Source: an archaeon (GTDB lineage: Archaea; EX4484-52; WAPT01). From it: a stretch of DNA of 64,000 bases. Shown piece by piece: positions 8,755 through 17,272 of this stretch (positions are counted from its first letter, which is position 1; every line of letters begins with the position of its first letter). Where the stretch lies: the NCBI GenBank assembly GCA_029258795.1, contig JAPDKB010000007.1, forward strand, positions 96,001-160,000, in the 5' to 3' direction. The position numbers and the translations under genes are program-made. Below the pieces are notes generated by a model. The model had not been told where the DNA came from. It saw nothing but the letters and a program-made list of their open reading frames with translations, and searched no databases.

Positions 8755-8896
8755 AAAAGATAATTATGAGTCGGATTATATAAAACTTTCGATTTAGAAA
8801 TTCGCGGAAAAATCGGAAAGAACTGGAAAGATATTGATAAGTGATAAAAGTAGATAGAAAAGATGATTAACTTACTGAAATAGTGAGTGTGGTCCT

Positions 8897-10360
8897 ATGA
8901 CATCTTACAAGGAAATTGAGGGATGGTTTGTGGATCTCATAGAAACATTTAGACGGGAGTATGAGAAACTCAGCGATTCAGAAAAATCGCAACTTTTGAA
9001 CAGTTTTGATTATACTTTTCCCTGTCAAATCGAGGTCTTTTGGATGAATGACCCAATAGAATATCAAGTTATAGTTGTAACCCACGATGAAGATAGGAGT
9101 GATATGGAAATAATAATTCATGGTCCTTTTAAAGCTCATGAGTTTTTAGAAAAAATAGAAAAAATCATGGAAGAGTCCCGATGGCAAAAAGTTGCATATA
9201 CGCGTCACCCTCATAAAGAAGTAGTAAAATATTCCGATCTCTTTATCTCAATACTCAGCAATCTATTTAGGATAATCAAAAATTCTATTTTTTCGAAAGT
9301 TAGTAAAGGGTATATCGGAGGAGTAGCTCTAGGAGCTAGAGAATGGTGTTGGTATGTTTCGGGTAATGTTATAGAACTTGATCCCTACGAGTTAGTAAAG
9401 AATTCAATTGACGAAATGAAGTACAGAGTAAAAAATAAAACTTCTCAGGGAGAAGAAACAATCCAATTATCTCGTATTTCTGAAAATAGATTGAAAGGTT
9501 ATGGGACATACTTCTATCCTATGGTCTGGATAGGAAAAATACCTGAACCGACATTTAAAGAAAAGGTCACTGGAGAGTACAATTTATCTTCAAGTAAAGT
9601 TTTCGACACAAAATTTAATACTTTCAAACTTATCGTAAATTCAGACGGATTTATAGGAATAGTCACTGAAGACAGAACAGAAGCCATTAGGATTTTAAAC
9701 CTGATCTTCGGTGTGGCGTTAGTATTAGGCCATACTTGCTTTGCTGTAAGGGAGTCTGAAATAGCTGAAATAGAAGTCGATCCTCAATCATTAGAAATCT
9801 GCTCAATTTCAATGCCATATTTATCCCTAAAAACTCTATTTATAGATCATTTGAGACCAAAGATTACGTATTTCGGGATGAAAGAAATTTCTGAAAGTGA
9901 CATTAGAGAAATCATAAAAATAGCTGAAAAAATAAATAAAAATCCATACTTGTCAGAACTCTTAATTTTTCTACTTGAAGGAAGTACCCACTATGTAAAT
10001 GCAGAATATTCGCAATCCTTCATTATGAATTGGGTCATAATTGAAAGATACATCGATAAATTGTGGAGAGAATTTTTAGATGAAAAACAAATGTCTAATA
10101 GGCGAAAAGATAAACTTACTAATCCTGCTTTATGGAACATAGATTCTATACTCGAAGTGTTAAATTTAAGTGGGAAACTTGATGATGAGGGTTATGAATT
10201 GTTACGTGATCTAAAAAATAAGAGAAATAATTTCGTCCATAGAGGGCGACTTATTGATAAAGAAAGCGCGAAAGAGTTGCTAAATTTTAGTTATGTGATT
10301 GTCAAGAACGAATTATTCGATTTCTTGAATCTTGAAAATAAGCAAGAGGTGAGGGAATGA
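8897..10360 (+). CDS. HEPN-domain protein (ApeA-like architecture), putative defence RNase
   Basis: C-terminal YSQSFIMNWVIIE...LKNKRNNFVH (Rx4H); long uncharacterised N-terminal region. Confidence 0.7.
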   Translation: MTSYKEIEGWFVDLIETFRREYEKLSDSEKSQLLNSFDYTFPCQIEVFWMNDPIEYQVIVVTHDEDRSDMEIIIHGPFKAHEFLEKIEKIMEESRWQKVAYTRHPHKEVVKYSDLFISILSNLFRIIKNSIFSKVSKGYIGGVALGAREWCWYVSGNVIELDPYELVKNSIDEMKYRVKNKTSQGEETIQLSRISENRLKGYGTYFYPMVWIGKIPEPTFKEKVTGEYNLSSSKVFDTKFNTFKLIVNSDGFIGIVTEDRTEAIRILNLIFGVALVLGHTCFAVRESEIAEIEVDPQSLEICSISMPYLSLKTLFIDHLRPKITYFGMKEISESDIREIIKIAEKINKNPYLSELLIFLLEGSTHYVNAEYSQSFIMNWVIIERYIDKLWREFLDEKQMSNRRKDKLTNPALWNIDSILEVLNLSGKLDDEGYELLRDLKNKRNNFVHRGRLIDKESAKELLNFSYVIVKNELFDFLNLENKQEVRE

Positions 10361-10677
10361 ACGAAAAAATGGTCATAAGTATACTCGTAACCGGACTAAT
10401 AGGAGGTCTCTTTTTTGGAATTAGCTTAAAAACTGGGGAAAGTGTCAATCCAGAATCGATAATGATAAAAATGGGTAAATTGATTTGTGAAGAAATTGAT
10501 AATCCCGAACTTTCTTCCACATGTAAGTTCAATATCCAAATCGTATCACTTATAGCAGGGATTTCAGGAATTATTGAAACCTTTTCGGTTGCTAAAAAAG
10601 CCGGTGATATTAGAATTGGTCTAATGTTATTGTTTGTAGGATTTATGTTTGGATTACTGATTTCATTGGTGAGTTAA
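10357..10677 (+). CDS. Small membrane protein (about 3 TM helices)
   Basis: Three hydrophobic segments; ATGA overlap with the upstream HEPN gene; abuts hsdS. Confidence 0.7.
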   Translation: MNEKMVISILVTGLIGGLFFGISLKTGESVNPESIMIKMGKLICEEIDNPELSSTCKFNIQIVSLIAGISGIIETFSVAKKAGDIRIGLMLLFVGFMFGLLISLVS

Positions 10678-11931
10678 ATGGAAAAGACCTTTGTCGGACA
10701 AATTCCGAAAGATTGGGAAATTGTAAGAGCTGGTCACATCTTTGATATTTACGGCGGCACAACACCATCAACTAATAATAAAGAATATTGGAACGGTGAC
10801 ATATTATGGGTAACTCCTACAGATGTAACTAAATTAAACAATACTCCCTATTTAGATGATACCGAAAAGAAGATAACAGAAAAAGCTGTAAGAGAGTGTT
10901 CATTAAAAATTTTACAACCTGGAACGCTTTTATTGACTTCTAGAGCTACAATCGGATTTACTGCAATAAACAAAAAGCCAGTTACAATCAACCAAGGGAT
11001 AACCGCACTTATTCCAAAGAAAAAAGATATGGTCGATGTTTTATTTTATAATTATTATTTTAGATTGCTAAGAACCTATCTTCAACAACTCGGAGCAGGA
11101 AGCACATTTAAAGAAATTTCTAGATCGATAATTAAGAAGCTCAAAATCCCACTCCCACCCCTCCCCGAACAAAAAAAGATAGCCGAAATTTTAAGTACAG
11201 TAGATAAAGCAATCCAGAAAGTCGATGAAGCGATAGCGAAGACTGAAAGGCTGAAGAAGGGTTTGATGCAGGAGCTTTTGACGAAAGGCATAGGGCACAA
11301 GGAGTTTAAGAATACGGAGATTGGCAGGATTCCGAAGGAGTGGAAAATAGTAAAGTTGGAGGATGTAGCCAAAGTGTTTGATTGCAAACATCGGACGCCC
11401 ACGTACTATTCTGAAGGCTTTCCGGTTTTACTTCCGAGAAATGTTCAAGAGGGACGCATATCTTTAGAGGATGCTCCGAGAACAAGTTACGAAGAATATC
11501 TCGATCTCACAGAAAAATACAAACCTGCAAGAGGCGATATTATTTATACGAGAAACGCTAAAGTAGGAGTTGCAGGAATGGTGATGACTAATGAAGAATT
11601 TGCACTAGGACAAGATTTAGTAGGCATAAGACCTCTCAAAAAAGTCGAGTCCAATTATTTGTTATATGTGTTGAATTCTAGTATAATCAGGAGATATTTG
11701 ATAAAAGCCCAAACAGGTTCTACCTTTAAAAGGATAAATCTAAGTTTAATTAGAAAATTAAAAATTCCACTCCCATCACTCGAAGAACAACACAAGATCG
11801 CCGAAATTCTCTCAACAGTTGATAGAAAGCTCGAACTCGAAAGGAAAAGAAAGGAGAAGCTTGAAAGGATTAAGAAGGGTTTGATGAATGATTTGTTGAC
11901 GGGGAGGAAGAGGGTGAGAGTAGAATGTTAG
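10678..11931 (+). CDS. hsdS: Type I R-M specificity subunit HsdS
   Basis: Two TRDs; repeated IPKDW/IPKEW and LKIPLPxLxEQxKIAEILSTVD; KKGLMQELLT and KKGLMNDLLTG. Confidence 0.96.
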   Translation: MEKTFVGQIPKDWEIVRAGHIFDIYGGTTPSTNNKEYWNGDILWVTPTDVTKLNNTPYLDDTEKKITEKAVRECSLKILQPGTLLLTSRATIGFTAINKKPVTINQGITALIPKKKDMVDVLFYNYYFRLLRTYLQQLGAGSTFKEISRSIIKKLKIPLPPLPEQKKIAEILSTVDKAIQKVDEAIAKTERLKKGLMQELLTKGIGHKEFKNTEIGRIPKEWKIVKLEDVAKVFDCKHRTPTYYSEGFPVLLPRNVQEGRISLEDAPRTSYEEYLDLTEKYKPARGDIIYTRNAKVGVAGMVMTNEEFALGQDLVGIRPLKKVESNYLLYVLNSSIIRRYLIKAQTGSTFKRINLSLIRKLKIPLPSLEEQHKIAEILSTVDRKLELERKRKEKLERIKKGLMNDLLTGRKRVRVEC

Positions 11932-12893
11932 CAGATAGTTTAATTGTTAAGGGAAAAGTTTTCGTTAATCTACCCTTCAGAGAGTATAGAAAATTAAAAG
12001 ATGCTATAATAGAATTTATGAAAGCTGAAGGCTATGATTTTATTTCGCCTTTTTCTCTTTTTCATGAATTCTTATCTTTAACATTCACATTACGGTTCCC
12101 CAATGAAGTTCCAATTTCCTTACGAATCAAAAAGTTTCTTAACATTATCGACCATACCAAGTTTCGCGAAAAGGTGTATTTTTACTATCTCTTACGTGTA
12201 AGAAACGACGTACCTTTTGAATTGACTATTCTCCTCTATCCTGGAAAAATGAAAAGGAAAGATGGTATCATACTTGAAATAACAGCCAAACCCACCATTT
12301 ATTTCAAACTTACACAACTCCACACAAAAACAAAATTAATTAGTGAAGAGGACTATAGTTTCATAATATTTGAAAATAAAGAATTTATAAAGAAAATAGC
12401 CAGATCTATTGGTGGGTACATAGTAGAAGAGCCAAAACCGTTGTTAGAATATGTAAAAAGTGAAGTCTCTGAAAAATTAAGAAAATTTGAATTTGATAGG
12501 TTAGCTAAAATATTAGAAGAGAGCAAAGCAAAAATAGAAACTGGTAAAATCAAAGAAGGTATGGACGATTTGCGAGGGTTCATTGAAAACTTTTTCTTTG
12601 AGCTTGTTTCTAGAACTGGAGAAAAACCAAAATCGAGAGATCAACCTGAGAAAAATCTAGAAATTTTAGAAAAAGTAGGATACATAAGTGGAGAAATAAA
12701 AGGATTAATTTATTCTTCACTTATCAATGGAGTATATAGAAAAATCTTATCTGAAAAACATCATAAAAGAGAATCCTCTGATCTATTCACAGCAAGATTA
12801 TGTGTTAAGATAGTAGAAAACGTCGTTGATATTCTATTAGAGTTGGTTTATCATTATAAAATCAAGATACGAAATAATGAGGGTGTCCCCTAA
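11925..12893 (+). CDS. Hypothetical protein with C-terminal HEPN/Abi_C-like helical domain
   Basis: EGMDDLRGFIE...LEKVGYIS...ILSEKHH pattern resembles HEPN helices with a degenerate Rx4H; overlaps both hsdS and hsdR. Confidence 0.55.
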   Translation: MLADSLIVKGKVFVNLPFREYRKLKDAIIEFMKAEGYDFISPFSLFHEFLSLTFTLRFPNEVPISLRIKKFLNIIDHTKFREKVYFYYLLRVRNDVPFELTILLYPGKMKRKDGIILEITAKPTIYFKLTQLHTKTKLISEEDYSFIIFENKEFIKKIARSIGGYIVEEPKPLLEYVKSEVSEKLRKFEFDRLAKILEESKAKIETGKIKEGMDDLRGFIENFFFELVSRTGEKPKSRDQPEKNLEILEKVGYISGEIKGLIYSSLINGVYRKILSEKHHKRESSDLFTARLCVKIVENVVDILLELVYHYKIKIRNNEGVP

Positions 12894-15800
12894 TGTCCCT
12901 TGAAAAAGCTTATCTTGATGAGTTTTGTAAAAAGCTGGAAGAGATTGGGTGGAAAGAGTTAAAGCCTCAAAGCTTGGATAATCATTTAATCAAAGAAATT
13001 TTTGAGAAGAAGGTGGAGGAGCTGAATAAGGACGTTCTTGATGCTTATGCGGAGCAGAAAGATAAGATCATGAATCAGGTTTATTTGACTATCCAGAATG
13101 CTGATGAAGTGAAGATGCTTGATATTTTGAGGTTTGGTGCTGACATCGTGATCAAAAAATGGAATTCTTTGATTCCTTTGAATATAAAGCTGATTGATTA
13201 TGAAAATGTCCGAAGAAATAAGTTCAATTACATAAGAGAGCAGGAAATAAAGCATGGGAATAATGTTGACAGGCCTGACATTCTGCTTTTTGTTAACGGA
13301 ATTCCTCTTGTTTTGATAGAGGGTAAAAGTCCGATCATGCAGAGTTTCGGCGAGCCGTATTATGAAGGACTAAAGCAAATAATGAGGTATCAAAAGGAAA
13401 TAAGATCCCTCTTCAAATTCGTTCAGTTTGGTGTAGTTGCAGCAGATAGAAATCCTTACATCCCCACGTTCCCGAGAGAAGAAATAAAATCTCCTGCCGG
13501 CTACGGATTCTGGAAAGTAAATAGAAAGGAGAGCATCTTTGATCTGTTAAAACCTGACAGATTGCTTGATGTTATAAGACACTTCATATTTTTCACGAGA
13601 GACAAGAAGGGAGAGAGAACAAAGATCATAGCAAGATACATGCAGTATTTTGCCACAAAACGAGCAATGGAAAGGATCAGCAAATATTTGGAAAACAAGG
13701 ATAACAAAAATCAGGGTTTGATATGGCATTGGCAGGGATCGGGTAAAACATACACAATGTTCTTCATTGCTTACCAGTTCCTTCTCAGGTATAACAAAAG
13801 GAATCCACTTGTGTTTTTTGTTATTGACAGAATAGAGCTGGAGAAACAGCTGGAGGATGTGTTTAAGTCAATAGAACACAAAAGAGTTGGAGATGTTAAA
13901 AGAATAGAAAAGATAGAAGAACTGAAAGAAGTCATAAAAAATGCAGATAGAGAATGGGGACTTAAAATAACCACGATACAAAAATTCCAGCCTAGGGAAC
14001 TAGACATAAAAGAAAAGGTTGAGAAGAAAGAAGTCCTCTTTCTGATAGATGAAGCTCATAGAAGTCAATATGGAGATTTAGCAGCCACAATGAGAAAAAT
14101 ATTTAGCAAAGCCATCTTCATTGGATTTACCGGCACGCCAGTATTCGTAAACGAAAGAAACACATTCAAGCACTTTGCTTACCCTCCTGACGAAATATAT
14201 CTTGATGTTTATTTCATTCAGCAGTCTCAGGAAGATGGCTTTACTTTACCTATAATTTTCAGAGTGATCGAGGAGAAAAAAGAGAAAATAGGGGGAATAG
14301 ACATACTGCTAAGCGAGGATGATATAAGGGCGATATTAGAAGCTTACAAAGAGGATGAAATGGAAGTTGACAGCATCTTAGAAGGTGAGATAGCAAGGAA
14401 GTTAAAGAAGCAACTAAGGAGCAAAATTAGGAAGACAAGAATAATTCTAGAGAACGAAAAAAGAATTGAGAAGGTGGTGGAATACATAAAGGAGAATATA
14501 AGGGAAGACACGGAAAACTTTACTTTCAAGGCAATGATAGTAGCGGCAAATAGGACAGCTTGTGTAAGGTACAAGAAAATAATGGATAAGCACTTCCCAG
14601 AAGAATTTAGTGAAGTTGTGATGTCATACCAACAAAATGAAAAAGAAGAAATCCACACGTTTAAGGAGAAATTCCTTAAGAGATACAACACAAGGGACTG
14701 GAATGAAGCTAACGAAAAGGTAAGAGAAAACTTCCTTAAGAAGGAGTATCCAAAAGTTCTTATCGTTACTGACATGCTGCTAACTGGATTTGATGCTCCC
14801 ATTCTCAAAGTGATGTATTTGGATAAGCCGATATTTTATCACAGATTATTACAAGCAACAGCAAGGGTTAATAGGCCTTATCCTGAACTGAATAAAAAAC
14901 ACGGGTTAATTGTGGATAGTGTCGGATTGCTGGCCCACATACAAAGAACCCTGAATATCTACCAATATCTAGCGGAAGAGAATTCAGAAAAAATAAGGGA
15001 GGATTTGAAAAATGCATTTAAAGATAGTGAGAAAGAGCTGGAAATTTTAAAACAAAAAATAGATTACCTGAAAACCAAACTAAAGGATTATGGTATCGAT
15101 CTGGAGATGATAGCTAAATGTCTAAAGAACAACGATCTAAGCTTTTATGAGGATCTTAAGGAAAAAATAAGCGGTCCTAATGGTATGGCGATGTATTTCA
15201 CAGAAAAAGAAGATGTTAGAAAAATGATGAGATTCGTCAAGGAAGCCTTGGAAATATACAAATCGCTTGGTGCTTATCCTAAAAAGCTGGATTATAAGTG
15301 GGAAAAAGATGCTCTTTTTGTAATCTATAATATGTTTTTGAAAACAGTCAACAAAGGAAGGAAAAAGGTTGTTGGCGAGGTGTGGGATAAATTAATTGAA
15401 CAAATTCACAGGTCAACTGTAGTAGAAGAGCTCATAGATAAGGTGGAGAAGGAAGTAAAAGCTGTAAAGCCTATAAAACCCCAAATCAAAGAGGCTGCTG
15501 TAACGTTCTATGAGATTAGGAACGTTGTTATGGATAGACTTCACAACCCTCTCTACAGAGAGATTTACGAGAGGTTAGAAAGATTACGAAAAATGTGGCT
15601 TGAAAGAAACATCGGCGTTGAGGAGTTCATAAAGGAGCTTGAAAAAGAGCGGGAGGAGGTAGAGAAACTTGAAAAGTTAGAACAAAAACCAGGTTGGGAA
15701 AAAATCTACAAAATGACCTCCGAATATTTACAGAAAAATCTTGGTGAAAGATTGGAAATTCCAGAATTGAAAAATAAGTTGAAGGATATCTTCGAGAGAA

Positions 15801-15946
15801 ATAGATTTTTAGAGGTGGATGAAAAGGAAATCAGACTGATTGTTGCGAAAGCTTTATTGAGACATAAGATGGATCCTAAAAAACGTTATGAATTAGAAAC
15901 AAAGATCGTAGAAATGATAATAGACGAAGTTAGGAGATCGCTATGA
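12893..15946 (+). CDS. hsdR: Type I R-M endonuclease/translocase HsdR
   Basis: RPDILLFVNGIPLVLIEGK nuclease, WHWQGSGKT, DEAHRSQYG, FTGTP, DMLLTGFDAP, LLQATARVNR. Confidence 0.96.
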   Translation: MSLEKAYLDEFCKKLEEIGWKELKPQSLDNHLIKEIFEKKVEELNKDVLDAYAEQKDKIMNQVYLTIQNADEVKMLDILRFGADIVIKKWNSLIPLNIKLIDYENVRRNKFNYIREQEIKHGNNVDRPDILLFVNGIPLVLIEGKSPIMQSFGEPYYEGLKQIMRYQKEIRSLFKFVQFGVVAADRNPYIPTFPREEIKSPAGYGFWKVNRKESIFDLLKPDRLLDVIRHFIFFTRDKKGERTKIIARYMQYFATKRAMERISKYLENKDNKNQGLIWHWQGSGKTYTMFFIAYQFLLRYNKRNPLVFFVIDRIELEKQLEDVFKSIEHKRVGDVKRIEKIEELKEVIKNADREWGLKITTIQKFQPRELDIKEKVEKKEVLFLIDEAHRSQYGDLAATMRKIFSKAIFIGFTGTPVFVNERNTFKHFAYPPDEIYLDVYFIQQSQEDGFTLPIIFRVIEEKKEKIGGIDILLSEDDIRAILEAYKEDEMEVDSILEGEIARKLKKQLRSKIRKTRIILENEKRIEKVVEYIKENIREDTENFTFKAMIVAANRTACVRYKKIMDKHFPEEFSEVVMSYQQNEKEEIHTFKEKFLKRYNTRDWNEANEKVRENFLKKEYPKVLIVTDMLLTGFDAPILKVMYLDKPIFYHRLLQATARVNRPYPELNKKHGLIVDSVGLLAHIQRTLNIYQYLAEENSEKIREDLKNAFKDSEKELEILKQKIDYLKTKLKDYGIDLEMIAKCLKNNDLSFYEDLKEKISGPNGMAMYFTEKEDVRKMMRFVKEALEIYKSLGAYPKKLDYKWEKDALFVIYNMFLKTVNKGRKKVVGEVWDKLIEQIHRSTVVEELIDKVEKEVKAVKPIKPQIKEAAVTFYEIRNVVMDRLHNPLYREIYERLERLRKMWLERNIGVEEFIKELEKEREEVEKLEKLEQKPGWEKIYKMTSEYLQKNLGERLEIPELKNKLKDIFERNRFLEVDEKEIRLIVAKALLRHKMDPKKRYELETKIVEMIIDEVRRSL

Positions 15947-16227
15947 GGAACCTGAAAGATTTAGTCGAGGAAATTAAAAAGGAACTTGGAATTGAAGAAA
16001 AAGTAAAGATCGAACTTAAGAATTATAAGCGGTTGATAGCCTCTACGTCCCTTGAGAAAAACATTATAAGAATAAACAGAAAGATATTGGACAAAGATTT
16101 CGTGGAGAAAAAGCTAGGATATGAAAATCATGAAGAATTCGTGATGAAAGTGCTGAAACACGAACTAATGCACATAAAACTAAAAACACGATGGCACGTT
16201 CCGCAATATTTTGAAAAATTGATGTAA
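15943..16227 (+). CDS. Small HExxH metallopeptidase-like protein (YgjP/SprT-like minimal zincin)
   Basis: IIRIN...VLKHELMHIKLKTRWH; translationally coupled to hsdR. Confidence 0.75.
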   Translation: MRNLKDLVEEIKKELGIEEKVKIELKNYKRLIASTSLEKNIIRINRKILDKDFVEKKLGYENHEEFVMKVLKHELMHIKLKTRWHVPQYFEKLM

Positions 16228-16277
16228 CGGCAGATTCTTTGGCGAGGAACTCTTTGTGTCCGCCATTTATAAATGTT

Positions 16278-16354
16278 TTTCCACTTGGGCAAAAACTGCT
16301 TGCAATTTGTTTCCACTTGGAAAAGAACTGCAGGTAGTTTTTGACCAGATGGAA
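16278..16354. repeat. Three CCA-NN-TGG sites at exact 32-bp period
   Basis: TTTCCACTTGG at 16278 and 16310, each followed by AACTGC; CCAGATGG at 16345. Confidence 0.55.
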
Positions 16355-16414
16355 AGAAATATTAGATCCTGCTGAACGTAACATCCCGTGCGGAATTAAT
16401 ATCAAAAACAAAAC

Positions 16415-16460
16415 GTTAGATTTAAATAACAATTGTTACAAAAATCTAACATATGTTAGA
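16415..16460. promoter_or_regulatory. Tandem TAAC-N4-GTTA operators of the MNT-HEPN operon
   Basis: TAACAATTGTTA (16427-16438) and TCTAACATATGTTAGA (16445-16460, covering the ATG), 20 bp apart. Confidence 0.6.
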
Positions 16461-16986
16461 AAAATGTGACGAGTTTAAATTGATGGAGTTGTTCTTCAGG
16501 AAGCCACTGTACAGATATCACTTTCGTGAGTTATGCAGGTTGCTGGGCTGGAGCCCCTCCAAGCTCAGGAGCAAAATAAACATCTTGAAAAGGATGGGTC
16601 TCGTGAAAGAAATGAAAGAAAAAAACATGAAAATATTCATTGCCAACACGGAAAATGAAAACTACAGGAGATACAAAATCGTTTACAATCTTCTAAATGC
16701 TTACAAAATTGCGGATTATCTCGAAAAAAACCTGGAATACTTCGATGTCATTATCCTTTTTGGCTCAGCGGCTGATGGAGAGGATACTGAAACCAGCGAT
16801 TTCGATATATGCATTATGGGCAGTAAAGAAACACCTCTAAATCTCGAAACCCTCGAAAAAAAGCTCGGAAGAAAGATCTCGTTGCTTTTCATTGAAAACA
16901 TAAATATGTTGCAGAAAAGAAACCCCGAACTTTTAAACAATATTCTGAACGGCTTTGTTATTAAGGGTTATCTGAAGGTGTTCTGA
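16453..16986 (+). CDS. wHTH-MNT minimal nucleotidyltransferase (MNT-HEPN antitoxin)
   Basis: N-terminal HTH (FRELCRLLGWSPS); LFGSAADGEDTETSDFDI. Confidence 0.9.
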   Translation: MLEKCDEFKLMELFFRKPLYRYHFRELCRLLGWSPSKLRSKINILKRMGLVKEMKEKNMKIFIANTENENYRRYKIVYNLLNAYKIADYLEKNLEYFDVIILFGSAADGEDTETSDFDICIMGSKETPLNLETLEKKLGRKISLLFIENINMLQKRNPELLNNILNGFVIKGYLKVF

Positions 16987-17255
16987 TGCAATGGGATGAG
17001 TGTATGAAAAAGAATTTGGTAAAAATGAAAAGAAAAGATCCAGAACTGGCGAGATCATTGCTAAAAATCGCAATAGAAAGGGTTAAATTCTTTTCATCCA
17101 GAGATGTGTCTGTGTTCATGCTGGAAGGTATCTATGAAGCCATACTCGAAGTTTGTCATGCATTTCTGGCTCTGGAAAAATATATTTCCAAAGAGCTGGA
17201 AATTTTCGAAATTCTGAAGAATGAGCTTGAAAAGCGCCTGAAAATTCAATCCTAA
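16986..17255 (+). pseudogene. HEPN toxin with internal deletion
   Basis: HEPN N-terminal helices (DPELARSLL...YEAILEVCHAFLAL) join directly to a last helix; no Rx4-6H/Y; only 89 aa. Confidence 0.62.
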
Positions 17256-17272
17256 ACTTAAGATAGAAACAC

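Noticed and set aside
10673-10679. GTTAAAT (GTTRRRY) as a cassette boundary before hsdS
   Set aside because: No preceding RYYYAAC or palindrome; this 7-mer is common in AT-rich DNA.
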